Assembly (NCBI RefSeq): GCF_000189295.2
Contig: NC_016803.1
Span: forward strand, 2,250,001-2,282,000
Direction of reading: 5' to 3'
Length of the DNA stretch: 32,000 bases
Source of the DNA: Pseudodesulfovibrio mercurii
GTDB lineage: Bacteria > Desulfobacterota > Desulfovibrionia > Desulfovibrionales > Desulfovibrionaceae
Below the pieces are notes generated by a model. The model was not told the origin of the DNA, made no database searches, and was given only the letters and a program-made list of their open reading frames with translations. Position numbers and translations under genes: made by a program. This document shows positions 8,076-17,458 of this stretch, one piece after another (the first letter of the stretch is position 1; each line of letters starts with the position of its first letter).

Positions 8076-8237
8076 CGGTGCGGTGCCCCGGTCCCGCCGG
8101 CAAATCCTCAGGACAGCGGATTCGGACCGCGCCCGAAAAGACGCGACCACGCGGGGGTGAGCCCCGGGACGGAGCGCATCAAGGGGCCGTTGGAGACGGC
8201 CGTCCGGCGAGGGGCCGCCGGAGGCATTCCCCCTGCC

Positions 8238-9509
8238 CTACTTCCGGCAGGGCACGCCGTGGGATTTGTAGATTTCGCCGAGTTGGCGGATGAGGACCTT
8301 GTTGTTGAACACGGCGTGGGCGCGTTCGACGGCGGCGGGAATGATGGTCCGGCGCAGGTCGTTGTCGGTCAGGGCGCGGCGGATGATTTCCGCCAGGGCG
8401 CGGGGGTCGTTGGACGGGCAGAGCAGGCCGGTCCGTTCGTGGGTGACGAGTTCGGGCACGCCGGAGACGTCGGTGGCGGCCACGGGCACGCCGGTGGCCA
8501 TGGCTTCGGCGACGACGTTGGGGATGCCGTCGCGGTCTCCGTCCTTGGCCTTGCGGCAGCCCAGGGTGAAGCAGTCGGTGTGGTCCAGGAGTCTGATGAC
8601 CTCGTCGTGGGTGATGGTGCCGGTGAGGGTGGTGACGTCGTCGAGGCCGAGGTCATGGACGAGGTGTTTGATCCTGCGGTTGAATTTGGCCTTGCCCTCG
8701 CCGACCAGGGTGTAGCGGAAGTCGAGTCCCTGGGCGCGCAGTTCGGCCAGGGCCTGGAGCACGGTGTCGATCCCCTTTTTTTCCACGAAGCGGGCCACGG
8801 TGAGGATGTTGTAGGGCGGTTTTGCCTCGGGGGCGCGGCCGTTGGGCGAGAAGAGGTCGAGGTTGATCCCGTGGTAGACGCAGTGGATGGGGTTGCCGTT
8901 GGCCACGTGTTCGCGGAGGTACTGTTCGTTGTAGCGGGTGCAGGTGACCACGAACCTGGCGCGTTCGACCTTGTCCATGATGCGCCGGGGGTCCTGGGTG
9001 TAGATGTCCTTGGCGTGGGCCGTGAAGGAGAATGGGACGTCGGCCAGGAAGGCGGCGTACATGGTCACTGTGGTCGGGGTGTGGGCGAAGTGGCCGTGCA
9101 GGTGGCCGAGGTCCACGCCGTCGTCGAGCACGGATTTCTGGACGATGTAGCCCGCCTGGAGCATGTGCTTGACCCAGGTGTGTTTCTTGGGGGCCAGGCG
9201 GAAGCGCTTCTTCATGATCTTGAGGCAGTCGAGGTAGCGGCCGGGCATGCGCAGGAAGAGGCGGATGTTGTGGTAGAGCAGCCGGGGCAGTCCCCAGATC
9301 ATGGATTCGGGCAGGTAGGTGACCTTGGCCTTGATGCGCTTGATGGACTCGTGGGAGAAATTCTCGCGCGGGGCGCGCATGGAGTAGATGTGGATCTTGA
9401 AGCCCATCTCCTCGAGCAGTCGGATCTCGTTGGAGATGAAGGTCTCGGAAATGCGCGGGTACCCCTTGAGCACCATGCCCAGGGTCGTTCGTCCGTCGGG
9501 TGCGGGCAT
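8238..9509 (-). CDS. Glycosyltransferase family 4 (WcaL-like)
   Basis: This is the C-terminal 423 aa of track ORF 8238..10307. The real start is ATG 9509..9507, giving MPAPDGRTTLGMVLKGYPRISETFISNEIRLLEEMGF..., and it overlaps the upstream stop as ATGA. The GT4 C-terminal E-x7-E region is GIPNVVAEAMATGVPVAATDVSGVPELV. Confidence 0.85.
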   Translation of the reverse strand: MPAPDGRTTLGMVLKGYPRISETFISNEIRLLEEMGFKIHIYSMRAPRENFSHESIKRIKAKVTYLPESMIWGLPRLLYHNIRLFLRMPGRYLDCLKIMKKRFRLAPKKHTWVKHMLQAGYIVQKSVLDDGVDLGHLHGHFAHTPTTVTMYAAFLADVPFSFTAHAKDIYTQDPRRIMDKVERARFVVTCTRYNEQYLREHVANGNPIHCVYHGINLDLFSPNGRAPEAKPPYNILTVARFVEKKGIDTVLQALAELRAQGLDFRYTLVGEGKAKFNRRIKHLVHDLGLDDVTTLTGTITHDEVIRLLDHTDCFTLGCRKAKDGDRDGIPNVVAEAMATGVPVAATDVSGVPELVTHERTGLLCPSNDPRALAEIIRRALTDNDLRRTIIPAAVERAHAVFNNKVLIRQLGEIYKSHGVPCRK

Positions 9510-10672
9510 CAGCAGTTCTCGCGGAAGAATTGAAGGCGTTCGCGCATGACTTCGAGGCCGGTCATGGCGAAGGAGTCCAGGGCCGAGGAGTAGGGCGAGG
9601 GGTCTTCGAGCAGGGCGTTGATCTTGGCGCGCATGGTTTCGGGCGAGACCTGACCCCAGGGGATGTAGTCGCACAGTCCGCGGTCCTTGAAGACCTGGGC
9701 GCGGATGAGCTGTTCCCGGCGGGGGTTGTCGCGCGGGATGATCAGGGACGGCTTTTTCAGGGAAAGAATCTCGCACATGGTGTTGTAGCCGCCCATGGAG
9801 ACCACCAGGTCGGACCGGGCCATGCGTTTCTCCATGTTGCGCACGAAGGGCTTGATCTGGACCTTGAGGGCGCGGGCGCGGTCGGCCAGTTCGTCGAGCC
9901 GTTCCGGGGAGAGGAACGGGCCGGTGATCATCAGGGTCTTGAAGTCCACGGTGCCGTTGGTCTCGAGCATCTTGAGGTAGGTGTCGAGGACCACGTAGCC
10001 GTCGCCGCCGCCGCCGATGGTGACGATGACCTGCTTGTGCTTGCGCCGGGTCCTGCGGGTGCTCGGCACGAAGCGCGGGATGTAGCCGGTGAACACGGTC
10101 TTGGCGGCGATGTCTTCCGGGAAGGCGTACTCCACGATGGGGTCGTACATGGCCTTGGAGCCGTAGACCCAGATCTCGGAGTAGAGGTCGCGCAGGACAT
10201 CGGGAAATTTCTTGCGCGCCCAGTCGGCGCGGGTGGACTCGGCGTCGTCGAGGATGTCGCGCAGCCCGAGGACCACGCGGGAGCAGGGCAGGTGCTTGCG
10301 CATCCACTTGAGGGTGGGCAGGACCTCGCTCTTGAGGCCGGTGGGAACCTTGTCCACGATGAGCAGGTCCGGCTTGAAGCTCTTGGCCGTGGCCGAAATG
10401 ATGTTGGTGCGGATGGAGATGGCGATCTTGGGATCGACCTTGATGGAATGGGGCATGTAGACCATGTTGGTCTTCTTGATCATGCCGGGAATGCGCACGA
10501 AGTCGATGCCCCTGGGCATGGTGTACCGGCCGACGATGGGCGAGCCGGTGACGATGAGGATGTTGACCTCGGGCCCCACCAGGTTACGGGCGATGGCCAT
10601 GGTGCGGCGGATGTGTCCCAGACCGTAGGTGTCGTGGGAGTACATCAGGATATTGTAGGCTTTCGATTCCAT
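9509..10672 (-). CDS. Glycosyltransferase, MJ1255/VC2487-type (GT28 C-terminal-domain-like)
   Basis: Track ORF 9509..10723. I prefer ATG 10672, giving MESKAYNILMYSHDTYGLGHIRRTMAIA; the YSHDxxGLGHxRR N-terminus is typical of this family. The alternative GTG 10723 cannot be excluded. Confidence 0.75.
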   Translation of the reverse strand: MESKAYNILMYSHDTYGLGHIRRTMAIARNLVGPEVNILIVTGSPIVGRYTMPRGIDFVRIPGMIKKTNMVYMPHSIKVDPKIAISIRTNIISATAKSFKPDLLIVDKVPTGLKSEVLPTLKWMRKHLPCSRVVLGLRDILDDAESTRADWARKKFPDVLRDLYSEIWVYGSKAMYDPIVEYAFPEDIAAKTVFTGYIPRFVPSTRRTRRKHKQVIVTIGGGGDGYVVLDTYLKMLETNGTVDFKTLMITGPFLSPERLDELADRARALKVQIKPFVRNMEKRMARSDLVVSMGGYNTMCEILSLKKPSLIIPRDNPRREQLIRAQVFKDRGLCDYIPWGQVSPETMRAKINALLEDPSPYSSALDSFAMTGLEVMRERLQFFRENC

Positions 10673-10792
10673 CGGGTTTCCGCGTGTCACAAAAAAGGCC
10701 GGACAGTCCATCTTCTCCGGCACGTGATCACAGTATAGGCTTGCGTGGATTCTGTCCAGAACCGGGCCGGGGCAATGGCGGATTTCCCGGCC

Positions 10793-11905
10793 TCACCGGG
10801 GGGCGACGTCGGCGTTGACGTCCAGGCAGATGCCGGGATCGAAGTCCGGGGCGGCGGCGCGGGCGCCTTCGAGGTTGGCGGCGTAGAGCGCGTTGCCGGG
10901 CCGGGATTCCAGGGCGCGTTCAAAGCGGCGAACGGCCTCGGCCGAGTCGCCGCGCCGCCAGGCCAGCACGCCGAGGTTGTTCTCGCCGCACGGATGCCCG
11001 GGGGCGGCGGTCATGGCCCGCTCGAAGGCGGTCAGCGAGGCGTCGTCGTCGGCCACCACCGCGTACTGGACGCCCTCCACCAGGGCGGACTGGCCCGCGG
11101 ACAGGCGCACGTGGTCCAGCCCCCGGCAGGGGCAGCGCTTCTTGGTGCAGGGCGGGTAGCCCTCGTAGAGGCGCACCTCGTCCATGACGTTGCCCAGGAC
11201 CGTCTTGTCGCCGGGGCAACGGAAGACCGTGCCGTCGGGCTCCATGCGCAGCAGGGTGCGGCCCGCCGAGCAGGGCAGCCCCTCGAAGTTGAAGGCCACC
11301 TTTTTGCCCTGCTCCGGGTGATCGGCGAAGATCGCCCTGCCCCGCTCGCCGTAGGCCTCGGGGTAGCGCCGTCCCTCGAAGGTCCCCCGGAAGGGGCGCG
11401 GTGTGATGGCGATGCCGTGTGCGGCGAAGAAGGCCACGTCGTCGTGGAAACGGGCCTCCAGGGTGGGGTGGACCACGTAGTTGACGATCAGGGCGAACCC
11501 CTTGTCCAGGAGCAGGCGGGCGTTCCCGATGAAGGCGTCCACGCCCTTGACCCGCTCGCGCTCCTCTATGTGCAGGGCCACGTAGAGGTTGTGGACCCGC
11601 GCCGGGTCGATGCGCGCGGCGAAGTCCCGGATCTTCGAGGACGCGGACAGGTTGGTGTCGATGCCGATGACGTGGGTCTCGGTCAGGGTGGCGCAGATGT
11701 CGTTGATGCCGGGGTAGATGAACGGCTCGCCGCCCGTCAGGCCGACCTTCCAGGTCCGGCCCGTGCCGTCGAGGAACGCCTTGATGCGGCGGGCGTCCAG
11801 GGTCTCGGTCACCGGGGTGTTGTCGTGGGGGAAATAGCAGTATTCACAGCGGAAATTACATTTCCGCGTCATGTTCCAGATCAGGGTGTTGCAGGGGACG
11901 TTCAT
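10793..11905 (-). CDS. Radical SAM protein with Cys-rich middle region and C-terminal TPR-like repeat
   Basis: The CxxxCxxC motif is NMTRKCNFRCEYCYF. Further Cys residues occur at LPCSAGR...FRCPGD...PPCTKKRCPCRG. The TPR-like tail is NNLGVLAWRRGDSAEAVRRFERALESRPGN. Start chosen at ATG 11905, with GGAGG upstream; the track starts at 11938. Confidence 0.8.
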   Translation of the reverse strand: MNVPCNTLIWNMTRKCNFRCEYCYFPHDNTPVTETLDARRIKAFLDGTGRTWKVGLTGGEPFIYPGINDICATLTETHVIGIDTNLSASSKIRDFAARIDPARVHNLYVALHIEERERVKGVDAFIGNARLLLDKGFALIVNYVVHPTLEARFHDDVAFFAAHGIAITPRPFRGTFEGRRYPEAYGERGRAIFADHPEQGKKVAFNFEGLPCSAGRTLLRMEPDGTVFRCPGDKTVLGNVMDEVRLYEGYPPCTKKRCPCRGLDHVRLSAGQSALVEGVQYAVVADDDASLTAFERAMTAAPGHPCGENNLGVLAWRRGDSAEAVRRFERALESRPGNALYAANLEGARAAAPDFDPGICLDVNADVAPR

Positions 11906-12003
11906 GCTCGCGTGGCCTCCGTGCATGTCCTGCCACATTGTCCGTGAAAATACCAGCGGAGGGAGTGGCTTTTATTGTCGAGCTCTGTTACAACAATCGT
12001 CCC

Positions 12004-12783
12004 ATGACAAAAAACCCGATGGACAGCCTGCTGCGCGAACTGGACGCCTGGAAGGACGCGGACAAGACCGCCGAATTCTGGTGGCGCGACGACGACGCGG
12101 CCGAACCCGCCGTGGAACTGGACCGGCTCATGCGCCTGTCCGATCGCTTCGCCGTGCCCTGCGGCCTGGCCACGATCCCGGCCAGGGCGGGCGAGCCCCT
12201 GCGCAAGACCGTGACCCACGCCCACCACGTCTGGATTCTGCAACACGGCTACGCCCACAAGAATCACGCCCCGTCGGGCGCCGGGGCGTGGGAACTGGGC
12301 AACCACCGGCCCAAGTCCGTGGTCCTGGACGAACTTCGCCTGGGCATGGGCAAGCTGACCCAGCTGTTCAAGGGGCGGTTCGTGCCCGCCCTGGTGCCGC
12401 CGTGGAACCGCATCGACCCGGAACTGCTGCCCTACCTGCCGGTCATGGGCTACCGGGGACTGTCCGCCAGCTACAAGAAGCACCGTTCCGCTCCGCCCGC
12501 CGACCTGCGCGTGGCCGACGCCCACTGCGACGTGCTCCACTGGAAGGACAAGCCGAACGTGCGCTTCGCCGGTACGGAGAAGTGTGTGAAATTGCTGGTG
12601 GACCACCTGCGCGACAAGCGCACGCGCGAGGCCGACGCCTCGGAGCCCACCTGTCTGCTGACCCACCACATGGCCATGGACCCCGAGGCCTGGGGTTTTG
12701 TGGAGGCGCTCTTCGAGGCGACCACGGCCCATCCGGCCGCTTCCTGGGTTTCCCCGGCCGCCATCTGGCCCGCCAAGGGCTGA
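12004..12783 (+). CDS. Polysaccharide deacetylase-like protein (divergent)
   Basis: Track ORF 11938..12783. AEFWWRDDDA and ILQHGYAHKNH resemble a deacetylase-like family often found next to GT genes. The start is uncertain (12004 or 12019; no strong SD). Confidence 0.5.
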   Translation: MTKNPMDSLLRELDAWKDADKTAEFWWRDDDAAEPAVELDRLMRLSDRFAVPCGLATIPARAGEPLRKTVTHAHHVWILQHGYAHKNHAPSGAGAWELGNHRPKSVVLDELRLGMGKLTQLFKGRFVPALVPPWNRIDPELLPYLPVMGYRGLSASYKKHRSAPPADLRVADAHCDVLHWKDKPNVRFAGTEKCVKLLVDHLRDKRTREADASEPTCLLTHHMAMDPEAWGFVEALFEATTAHPAASWVSPAAIWPAKG

Positions 12784-12888
12784 TTTCCCCCGAAAACGCC
12801 CGTTCAGTAGAGCTTGAGCAGGTTTCTGCTTGCACACGACGAACGAACGATCTACCGTCCCTTTCGAACCATTTCCCAGAGGATTGCC

Positions 12889-13746
12889 ATGACCGCTATA
12901 CTGCGCCCGATGAAGGCGGCGGACATCGACGCCGTCTGCACGCTTCTGCACGAGAACATGAACCCGAACTTCACCGCTCGGCGTTGGAGGGCGTTGTTCA
13001 CCCCGACCTGGTGCGGGGAGAAGCACGACATGGGCATCGTGGCCGAGGACAACGGCCGCATCGTGGGCGTGCACGGGCACGTCTGCTCCTACCGGGTCAT
13101 CGACGGCCACCGCGAACGATTCCGCAATTTTTCCTCCTGGTACATCCTCAAGGACTACCGCCGCCAGGGGCTGGGCTCGGCCATGGTCGAGATGGCCTCC
13201 GCCGACCCCGAGGTGACCTGCACGGTCTTTTCCCTGTCCCCCAAGCAGACCGCGTTCTTCAAGACCCTGGGCATGAGCGTGCTCGAGGAGGAACGGCTGC
13301 TGTGGCGGCGCACCGGCAAGGAGTACGACAACCTCGAACTGGTCTCGGACCCGGCCAAGATCCGGCAGTGCTGCGACCAGGGCGACATCCGCGTCTTCGA
13401 CGACCACCACGAGCTGCCGGTCATCCCGGTCCTGGTCATGACCCGCTGCACCCAGTGCCTGCTCTTCCTGTCCAGGGCCGTGAAACACGGCGGCGTGGTC
13501 TACTACGACGTGCTCTACCGCTCCAACCCGACCCTGTTCACCGACAGGATCCAGGACATCGCCGAGGCCCTGCTGCCCGACGACGAGTGCGTCCTGGCCG
13601 CGGACCGGCGGTTCACGAACCACGACGCAGGGGGCGAGGTGGAGATCATCAAGTCGCCGCGCTTCTTCAAGTCCGCCCGGGTGCAGCCCAAGGACATCGA
13701 CCTGGCCTACTCCGAGATTTCCCTGCTCGGGCTCAAGCTCGACTAG
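12889..13746 (+). CDS. GNAT-family N-acetyltransferase with about 140-aa uncharacterised C-terminal extension
   Basis: Start ATG 12889, with AGAGGA 6 nt upstream. The GNAT core is VGVHGHV...YILKDYRRQGLGSAMVE, where R-x-x-G-x-G/A is the acetyl-CoA loop. Confidence 0.7.
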   Translation: MTAILRPMKAADIDAVCTLLHENMNPNFTARRWRALFTPTWCGEKHDMGIVAEDNGRIVGVHGHVCSYRVIDGHRERFRNFSSWYILKDYRRQGLGSAMVEMASADPEVTCTVFSLSPKQTAFFKTLGMSVLEEERLLWRRTGKEYDNLELVSDPAKIRQCCDQGDIRVFDDHHELPVIPVLVMTRCTQCLLFLSRAVKHGGVVYYDVLYRSNPTLFTDRIQDIAEALLPDDECVLAADRRFTNHDAGGEVEIIKSPRFFKSARVQPKDIDLAYSEISLLGLKLD

Positions 13747-13789
13747 GACCGCCCTTGCCCAAAACCGCCCGGCAGGGTAGTGAGCGGGC

Positions 13790-14368
13790 ATGAGCGAAGA
13801 AAAAAACCCTTCCCCGGCCCTGGAAGCGCCCGCGGGCGACGTCACCCCCCTGACGCTCAGCCTGGTGGGCACGCTCCTCGCCCGCTCCCGGCAGAGCCCG
13901 CGCAAGCGCATGCTCCAGAAGCTGCACAAGTCCCTGGACGCCACGGCGCACCGCATGTTCAACGCCATGCAGCCCGGCACCTACGTCATGCCGCACCGGC
14001 ACCTCGATCCGGCCAAGGACGAGACCGTCCTGGTCATGGCCGGATCCATGCTCTTCATCCGCTTCACGGACGACGGCGAGATCGCCGAGCAGATCCTGCT
14101 CCAGCCCGGCACCGAGACCTTCGGCGTGGACGTGGCCCCGCACGTCTACCACACCTACGTGCCGCTCAAGCCGGACACCCTGGTCTTCGAGTGCAAGACC
14201 GGCCCCTACGCCCCGGAGTCGGACAAGGACGTGCCGGACTGGGCCCCGCGCGAAGGCACCCCCGAGGCCGAGCCCTATCTCCTCAAGCTGCTCAAGGCCC
14301 TGGCCGCCAAGGCCGAGGCCGAGGCCGAAGCCTCCAGGGCGGAGCGCGGCGACGAGCCGGACCAGTAG
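13790..14368 (+). CDS. wbuC: WbuC-family cupin-fold metalloprotein
   Basis: 192 aa. RKRMLQKLHKSLDATAHRMFNAMQPGTYVMPHRH...ETVLVMAGSMLFIRF..DG matches the WbuC cupin pattern. The tail is low-complexity and acidic/Ala-rich. Confidence 0.75.
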   Translation: MSEEKNPSPALEAPAGDVTPLTLSLVGTLLARSRQSPRKRMLQKLHKSLDATAHRMFNAMQPGTYVMPHRHLDPAKDETVLVMAGSMLFIRFTDDGEIAEQILLQPGTETFGVDVAPHVYHTYVPLKPDTLVFECKTGPYAPESDKDVPDWAPREGTPEAEPYLLKLLKALAAKAEAEAEASRAERGDEPDQ

Positions 14369-14440
14369 GCGCGAACCGGCCTTGCCGCCGGACACCGAAT
14401 ACAGTACACCGGGGAAGTTTTTCCCGTAAGGAGACCCCCC

Positions 14441-15352
14441 GTGAACACCCGCGCCCTTCGCGCCGACGTCCTGCTCTTCCTCACCGCAGCCATCTGGGGC
14501 CTGGCCTTCGTGGCCCAGCGCGTGGGCATGGAGCACGTCGGCCCCCTGACCTTCAACGGCATCCGCTTCGCCCTCGGGGCCCTGGCCCTGGTCCCGCTCA
14601 CCCTGGCCCTGGAGAAACGGCGCACGCCGGGCTTTGCCGGCGCGGACAGGCGGCGCATGGCCATCGGCGGCGGGATGCTCGGCCTGGCCCTGTTCATCGG
14701 GGCCTCCCTGCAACAGATCGGCCTGGCCGGTCCGCAGCTGGCCGGGTTCGGCCTGGAGGCGTCCACCGCGGGCAAGGCCGGGTTCATCACCGGGCTCTAC
14801 GTGGTCCTGGTGCCCATCTTCGGCCTGCTCCTGGCCCAGCGTCCGGGCTGGGGCACCTGGGTCGGCGCGGCCCTGGCCGTGGTCGGCATGTACCTGCTGT
14901 CCGTGACCTCCGACCTGACCATCTCCTTCGGCGACCTGCTGGTCTTCATCGGCGCGTTCTTCTGGGCGGGGCACGTGCTCCTGGTGGGCAAGCTCTCGCC
15001 CGGCCTGGACGCGGTGGACGCCATCAAGCTGTCCACCATCCAGTTCGCGGCCTGCGCGGTCCTGTCGCTTGTCGGCGCGCTGCTCACCGAGGAGATCACC
15101 CTGCCGGGCATCGTCGGGGCGGGACCGGCCATCGCCTACGGCGGTCTCATGTCCGTGGGCGTGGCCTACACCCTCCAGGTGGTCGCCCAGCGCGACGCCC
15201 AGCCCGCCCACGCGGCCATCATCCTCAGCCTGGAATCGGTCTTCGCGGCCATCGGCGGCTGGATCATGCTCGGGGAGGTCCTGACCACCCGGGGCCTGGT
15301 CGGCTGCGGCCTGATGCTCGGCGGCATGCTCCTCAGCCAGCTCAAGCCCTAG
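14441..15352 (+). CDS. DMT superfamily transporter (EamA/RhaT type)
   Basis: 303 aa with about 10 TM segments in two EamA halves. GTG start with AAGGAG 8 nt upstream. Confidence 0.85.
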   Translation: MNTRALRADVLLFLTAAIWGLAFVAQRVGMEHVGPLTFNGIRFALGALALVPLTLALEKRRTPGFAGADRRRMAIGGGMLGLALFIGASLQQIGLAGPQLAGFGLEASTAGKAGFITGLYVVLVPIFGLLLAQRPGWGTWVGAALAVVGMYLLSVTSDLTISFGDLLVFIGAFFWAGHVLLVGKLSPGLDAVDAIKLSTIQFAACAVLSLVGALLTEEITLPGIVGAGPAIAYGGLMSVGVAYTLQVVAQRDAQPAHAAIILSLESVFAAIGGWIMLGEVLTTRGLVGCGLMLGGMLLSQLKP

Positions 15353-15375
15353 GACCTAATCAGACCGGGAAAAGA

Positions 15376-15410
15376 GGAAGGCCGCCCCGAGGGACGGCCT
15401 TCCGCTTTTT
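15376..15410. terminator. Bidirectional rho-independent terminator between convergent eamA-like and tal genes
   Basis: Perfect 9-bp stem GGAAGGCCG / CGGCCTTCC with a 10-nt loop. It is followed by GCTTTTT on the plus strand and by TCTTTTCC on the minus strand. Confidence 0.8.
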
Positions 15411-15416
15411 CATCGC

Positions 15417-16067
15417 CTAGGCGTTTTTCTGGAACGCCTCCCAGTCGGCCAGGAAGGTGGCCAGCCCCTTGTCCGTCAGGGGATGCTGCATCAGCTGCAT
15501 GATCGTGGAGTACGGCAGGGTGATGACGTCCGCGCCGATCAGCCCGGCCTCGAGCACGTGCATGGGGTGGCGCACCGAGGCCACCAGGATTTTGGTCTCG
15601 AAGGCATAGTTGTCGAACATGGTCCGCATCTGCTCCACGGCCTGCATGCCGGACTGGCTGAGGCCGTCGAGCCGCCCCACGAAGGGGGACACGTAGGTGG
15701 CCCCGAGCTTGGCCGCCAGCAGGGCCTGGGTAGGTGAAAAGACCAGGGTCACGTTGGTCTTGATGCCCCGCTCGGTCAGCTCCCGGAGGGCCTTGAGCCC
15801 CTCGGGGATCATGGGGATCTTGACCACCACGTTGGTGCCGAAGGAGACCAGGTCCTTGGCCTCCTTGATCATCTCCTCGTGATTGGTGGCGATGACCTCC
15901 AGCGAGACCGGACCGTCCACCAGGTCGCAGATGAGCGCGGCCTGTTTGCGCCAGTCGCCGCCCTCGCGGGACATGAGGGTGGGATTGGTGGTCACGCCGT
16001 CGAGCAGGCCGAGCTCGCCCACTTCGCGGATCTGGTCCAGGTTGGCGGTGTCGAGAAAGAATTGCAT
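15417..16067 (-). CDS. tal: Transaldolase type 3B / fructose-6-phosphate aldolase family
   Basis: True start ATG 16067, with AGGAGG upstream, giving MQFFLDTANLDQIREVGELGLLDGVTTNPTL...VVVKIPMIPEGLKA...NVTLVFS. The 49 codons upstream in the track ORF are a spurious extension. Confidence 0.92.
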   Translation of the reverse strand: MQFFLDTANLDQIREVGELGLLDGVTTNPTLMSREGGDWRKQAALICDLVDGPVSLEVIATNHEEMIKEAKDLVSFGTNVVVKIPMIPEGLKALRELTERGIKTNVTLVFSPTQALLAAKLGATYVSPFVGRLDGLSQSGMQAVEQMRTMFDNYAFETKILVASVRHPMHVLEAGLIGADVITLPYSTIMQLMQHPLTDKGLATFLADWEAFQKNA

Positions 16068-16213
16068 GGTTCCTCCTAGGGGTCGGACAGGATGCTCCGG
16101 TGTTGTTGGAACGGGCATAACATAAACAAAATAAAGTGGAAACCTCCGGCACACGTTTTCAGCCAGTGCGCATTCTCCTTCCCCCCAGGCCCGCTTTCGT
16201 TTACATAGGCTCA

Positions 16214-17458
16214 ATGACCAAGATGAAACCCGTGCACATCGTCGGGCTGCCGCCCGGCTCCCTCACCCCGACCGGGTCCGCAGCCGCGGCCCTGGCCGAA
16301 GCCGACCTGGTGGTGGGCGGCAAGCGGCTGCTCGCGGCCTGCCCGGACAGCCTGATCCCGGCCCATGCCCACCGGCTGGCCATCGCCGGGTCCCTCGCGC
16401 CGGTCATTGAGACCATCCGCAAGGCCGCGCGCAAGGGGCGCAGGGTGGTGGTCCTGGCCGACGGCGATCCGCTCTTCTTCGGCATCGGCAAGCGGCTGGG
16501 CGAGGAACTGGGGCGCGAGAACCTGTTGGTCGACCCGAGCCTGTCCACGGTGCAGCTGGCCGCGGCCCGGCTGGCCCTGCCCTGGCAGGACATGGACTTC
16601 GTCTCCCTGCACGGGCGCGACGACTACGCGCCGCTCTACGCCGCCCTGGTTCGCGCGGACCTGATCGCGGTCTTCACCGACGCGGTAAACACCCCCGCCG
16701 AGGTGGCCCGCGCCCTGCTCGAACGCGGCGCGGACTGCTTCTCCATGACCGTGCTCGAAAACCTGGGCGCGCCGGACGAACAGATCCGGCCCCTGGCCCT
16801 GTGGGAGACCTGGGGCATGGAGTTCTCGCCGCTCAACCTGGTGGTCCTGGAACGGCAGTACCCCCCGGAGATTCCCCTGTCCCTGGGCATCCCGGACCAT
16901 TTCTACCTGCATCAGAAGAATTTGATCACCAAGCTGCCCGTGCGCGCGGCCGGGCTGGCCCACCTGGGCGTGGCCCCGGACTCCACGGTCTGGGACCTGG
17001 GCGCTGGCTGCGGGTCGGTGTCCATCGAGGCCTCGCACCTGGCGCGGCGCGGGCGGGTCTTCGCCGTGGAGCGGAACAAGACGCGGGCGGCCATGATCCG
17101 CGAGAACATCCGGCGCACCGGGGCATGGCTGGTGGACGTGGTCCTCGGCGACATGCCCGAGGCCCTGCACGGGCTGCCCGAGCCGGACCGCATCTTCATT
17201 GGCGGGGGACTGGGCGGGGAATCCAACCAGGACAACGCCCTGCTCGACGAGGCCTGCCGCAGGCTCCGGCCGCGCGGCCGCATCGTGGTCCACTGCATCC
17301 TGCTCGACTCCCTGCACACGGCCAAGGACCACTTCCAGGCCCAGGGGTGGCACTTCGGCGTGACCCAACTCCAGGCCTCGGCCACGGACTCCCTGGCCGG
17401 AGACCTGCGCTTCAAGGCGCAGAACCCCGTTTTCGTGCTCTGGGCCGAGAAGCCCTAG
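16214..17458 (+). CDS. cbiET: Bifunctional cobalt-precorrin-7 (C5)-methyltransferase / cobalt-precorrin-6B (C15)-methyltransferase, decarboxylating (CbiE-CbiT fusion, CobL-like)
   Basis: The N-terminal tetrapyrrole methylase domain has VVVLADGDPLFFGIG. The C-terminal class-I SAM methyltransferase domain has VWDLGAGCGSVSIEA. The start (16214 or 16223) is uncertain. Confidence 0.85.
   Translation: MTKMKPVHIVGLPPGSLTPTGSAAAALAEADLVVGGKRLLAACPDSLIPAHAHRLAIAGSLAPVIETIRKAARKGRRVVVLADGDPLFFGIGKRLGEELGRENLLVDPSLSTVQLAAARLALPWQDMDFVSLHGRDDYAPLYAALVRADLIAVFTDAVNTPAEVARALLERGADCFSMTVLENLGAPDEQIRPLALWETWGMEFSPLNLVVLERQYPPEIPLSLGIPDHFYLHQKNLITKLPVRAAGLAHLGVAPDSTVWDLGAGCGSVSIEASHLARRGRVFAVERNKTRAAMIRENIRRTGAWLVDVVLGDMPEALHGLPEPDRIFIGGGLGGESNQDNALLDEACRRLRPRGRIVVHCILLDSLHTAKDHFQAQGWHFGVTQLQASATDSLAGDLRFKAQNPVFVLWAEKP

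Noticed and set aside
9510-10307. Upstream 266 codons of the 689-aa ORF 8238..10307
   Set aside because: These codons overlap the MJ1255-type GT gene in another frame and are rich in Arg, Pro, Gly and His. The GT4 homology begins at MPAPDGRTTLGMVLKGYPRISETF (ATG 9509), which overlaps the upstream stop as ATGA.
11871-13980. The 640-aa (plus) and 692-aa (minus) ORFs spanning the deacetylase and GNAT region
   Set aside because: Both are shadow frames with low-complexity Arg/Gly/Pro-rich sequence. They overlap two shorter ORFs that have recognisable family motifs and SD sequences.
13733-15420. The 492-aa (minus) and 546-aa (plus) ORFs over the wbuC and eamA region
   Set aside because: Both are shadow frames. 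The WbuC cupin and the 10-TM EamA transporter frames are the coherent ones.
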